Below are positions 41,421 to 57,101 of a stretch of DNA of 64,000 nt, in pieces. A program made the position numbers and the translations under genes. How positions within the stretch are numbered: the stretch's first letter is position 1; each line of letters opens with the position of its first letter. Where the stretch lies: contig OZ024741.1 of assembly GCA_964016885.1 (NCBI GenBank), forward strand, positions 184,946,001-185,010,000, given 5' to 3'. This DNA is from Eledone cirrhosa. Lineage: Eukaryota. The notes below the pieces were generated by a model that was not told where the DNA came from, made no database searches, and was given only the letters and a program-made list of their open reading frames with translations.

Positions 41421-41813
41421 CACTTCTATAATGTACGCTCGTAAATATGGGATTTCTTGTAATGTTCTTTTGTTTTTGTCATATATAATGTGTTTTTTAA
41501 TGTAAAATAAAATTATGATTAGATTCTCCAGCTGATGTATCGATATGAATCACCTACAATAAATTTCGCCGGAGATAAAGGAGCAAAATTTGATAAGCAA
41601 TGGGAGTGAAGTGGGGGAAATCTGAAAAATTAATGAGTTGGGTGGGATGATTATTCAAGACTTAGTAGTACACCTATATATTTTAATATCTCGCTTTCTC
41701 CCGTTATCATTATCATCCATGTCACCACCGAGGCTGCCGCCAACACCGTTTCTATGACTTATTCTCATACATGAGTACACATATTATGATGTGTGTTCGT
41801 CTATCTATCTATC

Positions 41814-44800
41814 GCTGATAGTAGACGTGTGTTACTTCGGCTGCAGCCTTTTGGATTTGTATTACGTTTTTGACTGTGAGTTTGTTTTTCATTTGCTTTA
41901 TTTGTGTGACCTAACCTCCCGCCTGGACTTGCAGACGGGTGGTTATTTTATTTTTACCCCTTTTTGGGGGTAAAAACTACTTTGAGAAATGTGTATACCA
42001 ACTTACAATAATAGACACCATACATGAAAACACAACTGCCCCCCCCCCCCCGGGAAAGTGATAAAGAGCAACAAGTAACTCAACCTACAGAAGCTTCCCT
42101 TCTCTCGCTTTCGCATGCGAGTATGGAAGTGGATTTGGCGAACAATTCTAAAAACTTGGGTAATAACCCAAACAATGGAAACACCAAATTGAAAGAATGT
42201 ATAAATTACACTGACACCAACAACACAAATAACAAAGAAAATAACACAAACACACAAAAGCGAAAACAGCAACAATGACAAAGAAAGCAACATAAATGTG
42301 AACTCAAAACCCGAAAAAATGGGTGAAAACCCCCAAAACGGTACCGCAAACAACAACAACCAAAACGCAAACACCCAAGAAAACAAGAACAACAGCAACA
42401 AAACACAAAAAAGACCCTATTACACGAATATCCTTTGCCTAGGTCGTTAAGGAGACCGAAAATTTCACCCCAGTTGACATCAGTAATGCAGCGGAATTGC
42501 TAAAAGAGGGGAGAAAACAGGTGAGCTTTGGTGAAAACGGTGAATTCACCATAATCTCCCCTAAGGATATTAAGAGACACGGTCCTAAGGACAATTAATT
42601 TTAGAACTATATCAAATGCGTCGAAAAAGCCAGCTCAATTATCACATAGCGAAATTGAGCTGGTGTTAAAAGACGCGTTGAAGGACATAATTTTTATTGA
42701 GAGAAGGAGTTATATGGGAGTCTGAGAATTTTGATGAAGGACCAATTGGTGGCCCAAAAATACTCGGTGTCGCCAATTGTGTCCAAACAGTACACTTTCT
42801 TCCCCACCTACATGGGGAAGAAAACTCAAAAAATAACAATATCCGGTATACACCCAAATACAAATATGTGGTGGATACTAGGGGAGATACGGGACGACGA
42901 AGATGAACTCCTTGATATAGGCAAAGCCACGAGGGGCCACTTTAGCGGTATAGGCATACAGGTTCTGGTTCGGAAGAAATCAGAACGTATCGCAAAGTTA
43001 CCCCAAAGAGTGTCCCTAGAAGGCTCCCAATTTATGAACATTGCAGTTGAGGGTAGGCGGCCCGCTTGCTACCTCTGTGGGCTACCTGTTCTCAACAAAC
43101 TAAAAGAACTTTACTGCCAACACCTCCAAAAACAACACCACCACAACAACAACAACAAACACAAGTCAACAAATAACTGAACACGGACCTACCCAACCCC
43201 TCCACACCCATAACAACTCCACAAACAAAAACACAATCACCACCACCACCACCCCCAAAACAACAAACACAAGTCAACAAAAAACTGAACACGGTCCCAC
43301 CCAACCTCTCCCCACCTAAAACATACATAACACAACCCCAAAATATACCCCTCCCCTCCAACATGGAAGAGGATCCCTTAACGTCAGAAGACGAGGAGGA
43401 AACCTTCCAAAAAATAAAGCGTAAAAAGGAAAACACACAGCACCCACACAAAGGAAAATAACCCCTCCCCAAAACAAAACTAAAAAAAATACAGAACAAA
43501 AACCAACAGAAATTACACACACATCTATACACATACTTCAACACAATAAATATAAAACTTGTAAACAAAATTTATACAAAACCCTTCGGTGCAAACCGAA
43601 GGACCAAATTTCACGAGGGCCACAGAGAACCCGTCTTTAAAAATGATTAAAACTCCGATAGACATTTATATAGAACTAAAAGACAATTTTCCTGAGGACG
43701 TGCCCCCCTGTGTAAAACGAATGAATCGAGTCCTCTTGAAAAATTTCCCCACCCCCAACCAGACACCCACAAAACACCAAACACCCCAACCCCACCACAC
43801 TCTGATGCCCCCCCCCCCTCAACACCCTCTCCATGGAAATTGTGCGGCCTGGTCCCCGGGACGCAGAGAGTTAGGTGCCTCCTTTTTCAATTTACCACCA
43901 ACATGGCTGTATTGAGAGTGGCTTGTCCAAATGCGCGTGGCCTGGGCTCATATTGGAAGCAAGCAAAACTTCTAAATGACCTCAGGTCACGCTGTATAAA
44001 TGTGATGGTCATTTGCGATGACAGGATCGGCAGCGTGCGCCAGCTATCCCCCACTCTGTCGGCCCGGAGGTGGGAGTGGGGTTGTCGTTCTGCTGCAAAA
44101 ACATCTGGGTCTCGCCGCACAGACGGTACACCTGGACCCGGAGGGTCGACTAGTGGTTTTAGACGTTGGCAGTGGTGAATGACCCCTCGAAAAAGATCTG
44201 TCCCAGATGCGTGCGCAACGAGGAAACCGTCGCACATGCTTTGGTACACTGCCCGGACGTCGGCGATCTGTGGGGCTATGTCGAACGACTGCTGTCACGG
44301 GTGGAACCTATCCAGTTGACCACCGAGTCCATTATAACGATCAAGCCGCCTCCCCCCTTCAAAAATGAAGGAGAGGCGGTGTTTCTGTGCGTAATAGCCA
44401 TGGTGTAAGAGATTGTATGGTGGACGCGTTTGAAAGGGCTGAGGTCGGGCACCTTTCTCTCCGGCCAACAACTGGTCCTTTTCTTCCGATATCATTTCGG
44501 AAGAAAGATCAGGATGGGGAGAGAGGTGCCCCACCCCAGCCAGTTTTATGAAAGGTGAGTGAAAGTGGCGAGAATGGGCCTTCTCTCTATATCAGCCTGT
44601 ATGTGAAAAAGATGGAAGAACAAGGGAGCAGCCTCTCTCTGTGCTCCTGAGGAGAAGGGTTGAACACTTTTTCGGTGGTGTGTGCGACCCCTCAAAACGC
44701 CTCCTCTCTATTGAGGACTTTATTGTTAATTTTATATTTGTTATTTGTTTTTTTACTCGTTCTTTTGTGTCCCTCCCCCTTGTATTTGTCCCCTCCTTTT

Positions 44801-44829
44801 GTGCCCTCGTGGCAATAAATAAAAATTTA
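41814..44829 (+). mobile_element. Degraded sister Tx1-like LINE with a large internal ORF2 deletion, inserted in (CTAT)n
   Basis: VEGRRPACYLCG; MAVLRVACPNARGLGSYWKQAKLLNDLRS; CPRC..EETVAHALVHC; 3' ccctcgtggcAATAAA; CTAT repeats at 41801-41813 and 44828-44847. Confidence 0.85.
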
Positions 44830-45349
44830 TCTATCTATCTATCTATCTTCCTATTTCTCAACAGTTACGAAAGGCAATAAATAAATAAATTAATTAAATT
44901 AAATTAAATTAAAAATTGAAAAATTCAAAAAAAATTCCACTTTGGTATTATTTCAAGTACTAAATAATTTAGAGGATAAATTATAAAGAAATGTGTTAAT
45001 TAATGGTTTCATATGAAATAAAGCTATTTTACCTTTACTGAATAATATTCCCCTATTTAATATGCATGAAAGAGCCGAAGGGTATTTTCAGAATGTCATC
45101 ATAAAATTCACTATACACTATACACTAAACCTCTGTAAACGTGGTAGAGAACAATTATAATATAATTGATCTCTATAAAATTTATTTTTCATTTAAGAAA
45201 TATAATTTATATTTCTTAAATGAAATATAAATTATATTTCTTAAATGAAAAATAAATTTTTGCGAGAAATACATTGATGTTGTATATTTTGAGCCTGGGT
45301 AACACCGAGTATGTTGCTAATATAAAGTCTAAATTTTGTCTCAAGTCCT

Positions 45350-45578
45350 GAAGCTCATCGGGTCGGTGTGGTAAATGTGTTGGACTTACTATCATCAGGT
45401 TGTGGGTTCGATTCCTGGGCTGGCTCGTGTGTTGTGTTCTTGAGCAAAACACTTCATTCCACGCTGCTCCAGTATACTCAGCTGAAAATGAGTACCAGCA
45501 GTAGCCAGGTATTTAACCCTGCGACGCACTGGCATCCTGTCGAGGGATGAGCTATGTACTCTGTCACTTCACGCCATG
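45350..45578 (+). mobile_element. SINE family B
   Basis: GGTTCGATTCC B box; gttgtgttcttgagcaaaacactt core. Confidence 0.8.
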
Positions 45579-45581
45579 TTG

Positions 45582-45632
<51 letters not shown>

Positions 45633-45715
45633 TATATAAATATATATATAAAGAGTAGTTAAGATGGGGTTACTTCACCATAATTGCTTTATTGCATGGT
45701 ATATATTTCTGTTAT

Positions 45716-45878
45716 ATAATTGTTTCTACTTTTGGCACAAGACCAACATTACTGGTGCTTTATTTTATGGACTCCATAAGGATGAAAGGCAAAGTTAACC
45801 TCGACGGGATTTGGACTCAGAGCGTAACTCTATGCTGCAACGCATAGCGTCCGACCCTCTACCGCCAATCCACCGCCT
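45716..45878 (-). mobile_element. SINE family A, diverged, with TSD ctgttatataat
   Basis: Family motifs and flanking direct repeat. Confidence 0.8.
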
Positions 45879-47418
45879 TCCTGTTATATAATGAGGTAGT
45901 GGAGGCATCAGTCAACTGATGATATTTTATCCCCGCAAGTACAGGAACGATACTTTCTTTGAACAAATCAAGAAAAGCCTCCAAAGATTTTCTACAATAT
46001 TAGTTTTTTTTTAAATGTTTTGAAACATTTTAGTGGAGTATCTTTTAATTGTGAAAACAGCGTCCTTGTTTTTCTCTCTCTTCCATATATAGCCCGTTGA
46101 TATATCGTTCTTCACACAGTTTCTAAAAATATGCCAGATGATACCTTTTCAAATTGCCACGCAGTTGGAGCGAACAAGGAGATCATATGTTTGCAAAGAA
46201 AAATACTAATCCACAGCCATTGTCCACCTTGTATGCATCTATAGAATAGAAAGATGATGGTAATACATTAGGTAGGACTTTTATTGTTATTGTTGATTTT
46301 GTTCCTTAGGCTTCAGATATACGATAGAAGCCATTCCAGTTGTGACCATCCAACCTTTTTCAATGTACAATACAAAATTACTCTACTTGTTCTTTTGAAA
46401 GCCGGTTGTGTGATTTGATAGAGAATTAGCTGCTGTTTCTAGTAGGGTGGAATACCGATTAAAATCTCACACACCAGATAGTGTTTTTCGTTTGCCTTGT
46501 TTCTTTGTTGTTTTTTTGCTCCACAGTACAAATTTAAATACGATCCAATGGCCCTCAAAGTTTAATTCCTGCTATTAGCACGATTATAAAGAATAAAACC
46601 AAAAAGATGCGAACACCACACACACACATACACGCACACGCACACATACACACACGCCCGCATACACACACACATGAACGTACCCAAGCACACACACAGT
46701 CACACGCATATACACAAACAGTAAGCCCCTATGAATTACCTCTTTTAATTGTATACTATTCTAGAGTGTTCCCAAACCCGATAGCCACAAAAAATCCCTG
46801 GCAAACTTTCCAAAACGTCGGCTGATGTTGTTTTGTCAAAATCACGCCACCTATCCATCAGCCAATCAGAGGAGAGCAGATGTATGGGTGTGTGTGTTTG
46901 TGTGCTTGTGTGTGTTTGTCTGTTTGTGTGTGTGTGTGTTTGTGTGCTTGTGTGTGTATGTTTGTATGTGTGTGTATGTGTGGTTGTGTGTGTGATTGTG
47001 TGTGTGCGTGCGTATGTATATGCGTATTTATGCAGAGTGTATGAATGTGCATACACACATTCATATACACATATATGTATGTGTGTGTGTGTGTATATAT
47101 CTCCATTCTTGCATGTATGCGTATATATATATGTATATATGTGTATGTTACTACATCAAATGTCCAGCATATTTAGCTAAATGTTTATATCTAATTTTAC
47201 TCTACGTACACATTGACAAAGACTCACACAGATACACACGTACACAGACACACACACTAACATACACGCGTTGACACGCACACAAATCCACATATATTAA
47301 CTGAACTACTTATAGGCATGTGTGTGTATATGTTTCGGCACGTGTTTCTTGTTTTGTTTCTATAGAGGCACACACATGACTAAACGCAAACATACACACA
47401 CACACACACACACGTGTC

Positions 47419-47792
47419 AATAATTGTTTCTACTTTAGGCACAAGGCCAGCAATTACCCAGTGCATTACTGGTACTTTATTTTATCGACCCCGTAAGGAT
47501 GAAAGGCAAAGTCAACCTCGGCGGGATTTGAACTCAGATCGTAAAGGGACGTAACTATGCTGGAAAGCATGGCGTCCGACCCTCTACCGATACTGCCAAC
47601 ACACACGTGTCAATAATTGTTTCTACTTTAGGCACAAGGCCAGCAATTACCCAGTGCATTACTGGTACTTTATTTTATCGACCCCGTAAGGATGAAAGGT
47701 AAAGTCAACCTCGGCGGGATTTGAACTCAGATCGTAAAGGGACGTAACTATGCTGGAAAGCATGGCGTCCGACCCTCTACCGATACTGCCAA
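47419..47792 (-). mobile_element. Tandem dimer of SINE family A (193-bp period)
   Basis: Three copies of cacacacgtgtcaataat delimit two units differing at 1 visible base. Confidence 0.9.
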
Positions 47793-47875
47793 CACACACG
47801 TGTCAATAATGGTGTATTTGTGTATGTTTTAGCTTTCTTTTCTGGTTTTGTGTGTATATGTATACTTGAATATAG

Positions 47876-48050
47876 ACGGCGAATTGCCAGAGTCGTTAAG
47901 ACATCGGATAGAATGCTTTACGGTATTCGTACCACCTCATTCCGTGCTCTGAGTTCATTGAACTCAGAGCAAGGAAATGAGGTGGTATGCCGGTGTCAAC
48001 TTTGCCTTTTATCTTTTCGTAGTCAATAAAAAAGTACCAGTCTAGTACTG
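47876..48050 (+). mobile_element. Old diverged SINE related to family A
   Basis: ggcgaattgccagagtcgtta..ctgagttca..gtcaactttgccttttatc..aagtaccag. Confidence 0.6.
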
Positions 48051-48219
48051 GATTCTTCCGCTATAAAAATATATCGGCTGTGAACAGACCAGGATAGGGT
48101 TGGGCACCTCCAGGTTTAAAAGTGCCGTTATGGGGTCTTTATCTTTATCCTTAATCTTTATATACTTGAATACTTGCACAGATATTATGAGTAGCTTTGT
48201 GTACATGCGTATATGTACC

Positions 48220-48505
48220 TATTTACAATCGTAATTTTGTGAGTTCGATTCCCGGCTGCGAGTTTTGTCCCTGAGCAAGACAGTTGCTCTAGTCCTCTCA
48301 GCTGATAAAAATGAGTTGTATCTGTAGTTCGAATGGCCAGCTTGTCACATTTCGTGTCACGCTGAATCTCCCTGAGAACTACGTTAGGAGTTATGTGTGT
48401 CTGTGGAATGCTCAACCATTTCATTTCCACGTTAATTTCATGAGCAGGCTCTTCTGTTAATCAGATAAACTGGAACACTCATTGGCGTAACCGACGGAGT
48501 ACTGG
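48220..48505 (+). mobile_element. tRNA-derived SINE family C
   Basis: gagttcgattccc B box, tgtccctgagcaagaca core. Confidence 0.6.
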
Positions 48506-48782
48506 AATGTGTACGTATGTTTCTGTGTGTATGTGTGTGTATGTGTGTGTTTGTTCTGTTGCTATATATCTTACACTCACCAAAGCATACGTACGAATTT
48601 ATCTGCTTTTGTATGTTTCGTCGAATTAACATGTTACTCTCTGGACGCAGGTGCAAATGCATACAAATATGTAAAATTGGTGTGAATATACTATCAGTAT
48701 TTTCATCATCATCACCATGAGTTTTAGTCTTCAATTTTCAACTTTACCCTCTTCGACATGATGTTACGGCAATTTGAAAATA

Positions 48783-48819
<37 letters not shown>

Positions 48820-50430
48820 CAACATCATCATCGTTTATTTTTATCGCTAGCATGGCGACCAGCCAAAGTGACAACAGGCTACCACGATCGCTTTTGAGTA
48901 AAAAAACTTCTCTTTCTTCTCAGCTTTTTCCCTTAAAACCTTTTGGAACGTGTTTAACATCATTCCTTTGGAATACAACTATTATATAATATATACCTGA
49001 TGATTAATTGACAGAATTCAAGTTGTCCGGCCTCCTGTTATTTTACTCAATAATATATATACATATATATATATTCCGGAGTCCAGAAATAGCCGTGGCA
49101 ACGGCTTGAGCTCTGGCGTCGGGGTCCTGGTAAATGAAATAATTATCTTATGTTGTTTATTACATAACTATATATATATATATACATATATATGTGTGTG
49201 TATGTCTGTGTATGTATACATATATGAACGCACAAACACACACGCTCACGCACAATTACACATACACACATACATTTATATATGTATAAATTAACGTTAA
49301 GGCATATGTTACATAATCGTATTTATTGCTTAATACGTATTTCAGTGAAACAATGAGGAGCTCTTATGCGATCATTTCAACAGTAACCAGCACCGGTATG
49401 ACATCATTATCTGTTAAAACAATTATGTATATATTTATATATAACTGCATTTACCAAGCTATGTTGCTGTACATCGCTGATCACAAATAATTTCCACGCC
49501 GTCCTTCGCTGCGCACTTCTCTCCCGGTTTTACCGAAATCGTTTGGCTGTGTTTTTTACCAATGTCTATGTGATCTATTTTAATCCTTTGGATATCACAC
49601 TTAAACAACACTAGTCTATCCATTATCAGATTCGGTCCTGCAGAACTTGTCCTTTTAGTTTTCTGCTACCCCATTGTTCCTTCCACTTCCATCTAGAAAT
49701 ATCTCGTTTCAGAAATCATCCCACAACGACGTTCTTACCAATCGCATAGCCAATCCCTGTTTTTATTTCTTCGTAGTCATTCATGTCTCACTTGCGTTTA
49801 AGAGCGCAAACTGAACGTAGATTTTATTGAAGCGATTTAACTTAATAATTGAGATAAAGCTTTCCACACAAAGCCGAAAGACACTTTGGGAATGTTCGAT
49901 CACGGAAGTTAGCAAAGGTGATGAAGCCCAGACTGATTCTAAAACATTAAAACAATATAGGGGGACTGGAACTTATGTACAAGCCTGCTGGTGAAAGCAA
50001 CTGATGCGCTTCAATATTATCAGATCTCGTCAAGGTGACATCGTAAAAGTAAGCAACTAAAAATGGTCAGATATAAATATAGGGAAACGGATAGAAATAG
50101 CTGATTAAGTATGTGAACTTTGTATGAGATAAAATTAAAAGCCAATACATACATATAAAGTTCACGACCTAAATATGTCGAGTAGGGTAAAAACTAGTGA
50201 ATGGAGACTATCCTTAGAATGTAAAGACCGTGTATGCACGTTTTTGCGTACATGGCCAGATCTGTGTTTATGTGTAGGACTGTGTTTGTGTCACATGACG
50301 TAAGGCATCCACCAAAATGGATCCATAAAATAAGCACTAGGATGATGAGATCAAGTACATAGCTTCAAGCAATGCTACATCATAGCTAGACTGCATATGA
50401 CTGAAATCCGAGAAGGATTAATATATACAC

Positions 50431-50464
<34 letters not shown>

Positions 50465-50480
50465 GTGTGCATGTGTGTGC

Positions 50481-50518
<38 letters not shown>

Positions 50519-50520
<2 letters not shown>

Positions 50521-50712
50521 CGAAGGAAATGTGGTAAGGAACCAGGTGGACCATAACGCACCAAAGTACTCGATACTTAGGGGAGTAGAGTGGGTAATAG
50601 GAACAAGTAAGACCCCGACGGCTGAGCTCAAGCCGTTTCGACGGCTAATTCAGTACAGAATTAGCCGTCGAAACGGCTTGAGCTCAGCCGTCGGGGTCTT
50701 ACTTATTCCTAT
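50519..50712 (-). mobile_element. H190 hairpin-plus-tail element
   Basis: Matches 20078-20267; TA-flanked. Confidence 0.8.
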
Positions 50713-51399
50713 ATATATATATATATATATATATACATTCATATATATATATATATGAGCAAGTGGGAAAGTTCAACATACTAGCACAAACTCAGCTTGT
50801 CTATTTCGATACGTTTAAAATAACTCACCTTCGTAACGGTGATACCTCTTATCGTAAGTTGAATGTTGTCTCTGAATTCTTATATTTTCTATATATTCAT
50901 GCGCATTTAATGTATTTTTAATATTAATCCAACGTATCATGCATTCTGACTGTTATTTTCTCTATATTCGAAGTGGAGAGTTTTCTGGCGCTACTTTCAA
51001 ACTGTTTGAAATTTAACTACCTAATTATGTGATTGGTTCTATATCTTGGGCCTACATATTCCTCCGCCTTTGGAAACCATGTGATGACAGTGACATGCAA
51101 GAATTGCTACTACATCACTAGTAGACCCTAGTGATAGAATGCGAAGGATCGCTACACGTTGACGAAATTCTGTGTTGATCCTGGCCGTGTGTATTCCTTC
51201 CAGACAATTCCGGATTTAATGCGTCGCTTCTGTGTACTGGGTGCAATTATTGTACGCAGTGCATAGGGCACGGAGTTGAAACCAAAGATTTCGTTAGGTC
51301 CGAGTTAAATTGTTTACAACTGCACAATCCTGAACTTACCACTAATGACTAAATGTGTGCGTTCTGAATCATGGACTGGAAATGCAAGTCGCGTGAAAT

Positions 51400-51960
51400 C
51401 ATTTGTAAATTGTATGAGAACAGATAAGAATAATTAACCTGTACACCTTAGAGTAAATGAGGAACCCATAAAACAAGCTTCAGAGTTTGTTTAGATTCGC
51501 CAGAAATTGTCAAGCATGAATGCTTTTTCTGTTGTGGTTCGCCATAGAATAGGCTTCGGCTTTTCAGCTTTTAAGAAAAATAATAAAAAAATATTTTAAC
51601 TTCAAAACGGACCCCACTTTACCTCAAATGTAAACTTGTAATTCCTACATGTCAACCTCTATGGTCATGAACGTGTGAACTGGGTGTATAGACTGAACAT
51701 CTTCCATGGATTAATAAAACTGAGATTTCCATGAGTAAGCACACACTACTTGACCATATAAAAGTTGTGGATGTTCTAAAAGCTGCTAAACTAGTTCCTA
51801 TAATCTGCTTCATCTAAAGTAAAGTTCTGAAACTGTTTAGTCATGTAAGACATTCCCATAAAGGTCTTTCTAAAACATGTATGAAGAGAAATGGTCAAGA
51901 TAAAAGAATTAAGAATAGGCCACAGTGGCGATGGTCAGACAATATTATAAATGCACTGGT
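51400..51960 (+). pseudogene. Degraded RTE-like RT C-terminal remnant
   Basis: Fragments LRVNEEPIKQASEFV, LYGHE, KLFSHVR, RPQWRWSDNI. Confidence 0.4.
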
Positions 51961-52586
51961 CTAAATTTATATCAGCTAAATGAATCCATGCATAATAAGA
52001 CAATTTATAATTAGCTAATTCATGTAATTGCGCAATCTGCCGCTGGCTGAAACAGCGAATTATGATGATACATGCACGTAAATAAGAGCATTATTGCTCC
52101 AATCGGTTTATTAACCCACAGCAAATATCCTAAACCGAATACCAACCTGTATCTATGAATCCTGCCAAACAAACCGTACTCACCCTCCAAATTCGTCAAA
52201 ACATACGCGGACAACCCATTTTCCCAAACTTGGCTTATGTAACCAGACCGGAATTGCCACCTAATGGAGAAGACAGATGTTATCAAGCTGTAGCTGACAT
52301 ATTACGTAGTTTCCATACATATATGACACTCCAACAGGAACCACGAGAGAAACGTAAAGGCCTTTTTAACATTCCTCAAAGTTTCCTTCGGGTCACTTGA
52401 CAGTGGATGGCACATCCGAAATATACGCACAATTTCCAATCATTATCTCTGATTTTTTTCTTTTTTTCTTTCTTCTTACTTTTCTCTATTTAGCTTCCTC
52501 ATTGTTCATGCAAGTTTGTTGTCTTAATATTTACAACCCCATTTTTCCTTGTAGCGGCTTCCTACGCCTAACCAATTTTCGGCACG

Positions 52587-52624
<38 letters not shown>

Positions 52625-52660
52625 ACTATATGTATTTACGTAGATAAATACGTATATACA

Positions 52661-55093
<2,433 letters not shown>

Positions 55094-55095
<2 letters not shown>

Positions 55096-57101
55096 GGAGG
55101 GTGATATTTATGTAATATTGCCAGAATTAATAACAGAACACACTCACTGTTTGGTTGGTTTTCGCTTTTCGCTTCTGTGTCTTTTATATCGGTAATCTAA
55201 TTTATTCGGTCCTCAATGTTGCCATTGACTGACCAACGGTCAAAAATAATATAGATACAATATAGACACAAACACATATATATAGTTTATCAAAGTTCTT
55301 TCGTTGCACATCTGCAACATCGTCAGTGGTGCTATAGATTCCTCCCGTTGCATTGTATTTCTACGCCATCTTTATTTAGTCTGTTTATATATTCATTTAT
55401 TTAATTGTTTGTTTGTTTATTTTATGTTGCGCATGCGTTTGCGTGTGTGTATAGTGTTTTGTTTGATGTGTGTTCGTGATTGGGTGACTGTGTATTGGTT
55501 AACGTATTCTATGTGTACTAGTGTATGTTTATATGTGTTTGTTGTTATTGTGCTTGTGTATGTATTTATTTATTTATTTATTTATCTATTTATTTACTTA
55601 TTTATACTTCTTTGGGTCAGTGTTGTTTGTTTGGGTGTTGTTGTTATCCCATTCATTCTTTCTGTTTAGTCTTGGCCTTCTAAGTTTTATTTCACTGGCC
55701 TCTCTGATTTGCCTATCTGCTGGGTCATTTCTATGTTTAGATATTATTCTAATTTCTCTGTTGTCTATGTTACCGTCGTGTTGTTGTCTGGCATGTTCGT
55801 ATAGTACTGACCCGTTTTTTCGTCCTTTTAGTTCCCCCCAGTGTTGGTCTATCCTTTCACCTATGCTACGAGCTGTCTCGCCTATGTATGTTGTTGTCAT
55901 GTTTCTGCAGGTACCCTCTGTATATCTTATGCTATAGACTACGTTTCTAGTTTTACAGTTTATCCGGGGGTTTACCTTACATATGATACATTTCCTATTA
56001 GTACAGTGGGTTTTCTTAAAAGGGTAAATTTTGCTGATCAGAGATTTTATGGTGGTTCCTGGCTTTTCTACTACCTTAATCTTTAAGTGGGTCTTTCTCA
56101 GGGCCTTTCTACACTGGTTAGCTAATTTCCCTCCAGGGGTAGCATCCACAAACATGACACTCTGGTATCTCTGGTTGTCGTACCATGAGGTGGCTTTCCC
56201 TATCTTATGTCTAGCCCTATCTAAGCTATTCCAGGATTTGCTCCTGTATAATGGGCAAACTCCTTTCATGTCCAGTTCTATGAGGGTCTTATACTTCTCC
56301 ATGGCTCCTTCGTATACTCTGATTCTGTCTCTTTGGTTGTAGCCAGAGAACTGCATGCGGTTGATGAAGTGTTGGATGTGTCTTTCCATTTCTGTTGGGT
56401 CGCACATGCGGGACACATTCTTCATCACTCGTACCAAATCTGCGATCAGAATATTAAACTTAGCACTACTGGACATTGCTGAGTTTTTGAGTATCAGGTA
56501 TTTGGGGGCCATGGGTTTAGCATAGTGTGAGTGTGGAATTTGGTGTCTCTCGTCTATAGTGTTAATCCAGAGTTCCGTGTCTAATACAGGTAGACTATTG
56601 TTAGGGTGTTTGGAAGGGTAGTCGATAGTTACAGTTATACTCTGGTGTATGGAATTAGCTATCTGCTGGACAACAAACACATATAAACACACACTAGCAA
56701 ACATAGAATACATTAACCAATACACAGTGAGCCAATCACGAACACACATCAAACAAATCACTATACACACACGCAAACGCATGCGCAAAATAAAATAAAC
56801 AAACAAACAAATAAATAAATAAATATATAAACAGACTAAATAAAGATGGCGTAGAAATACAATGCAACGGGAGGAATCTATAGCACCACTGACAATGTTG
56901 CAGATGTGCTACGAAAGAACTTTGATAAACTATATATATGTGTTTGTGTCTATATTGTATCTGTATTTTTTACCGGTGGTCAGTCAATGGCAACATTGAG
57001 GGCCGAATAAATTAGATTACCAATATAAAAGACACAGAAGCGAAAAGCGAAAACCAACCAAACAGTGAGTGTGTTCTGTTATTAATTCTGGCAATATTAC
57101 A
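55094..57101 (-). mobile_element. 5'-truncated Penelope-like element with ~430-bp inverted pLTRs (55111-55545 / 56668-57101)
   Basis: Inverted arms around a thumb + GIY-YIG fragment; degenerate HHR CTGACGA-gttgca/tgcaac-GAAAG at ~55282-55336. Confidence 0.88.
55598..56667 (-). pseudogene. Penelope thumb + GIY-YIG endonuclease fragment (possibly Nematis-like)
   Basis: LPVLD, Y.KPM, MQFSGY, VMFVDATPGGKLA, CTNRKCIIC..NCKTRNVVY..YIGETARS..ER..QH, RQIREA, LNRKNEW. Confidence 0.88.

Noticed and set aside
45177-45260. AT-rich ~39-bp inverted repeat
   Set aside because: Low complexity, no tail or family evidence
41330-45420. True tRNA genes at SINE heads
   Set aside because: tRNA-like heads continue into SINE cores and lack complete cloverleafs
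49400-50300. Further RTE-like remnants
   Set aside because: Only faint motif echoes; not supportable without an HMM search
56668-56806. Hydrophobic N-terminus of the 402-aa ORF
   Set aside because: Read from the inverted pLTR arm, not a real signal or transmembrane segment
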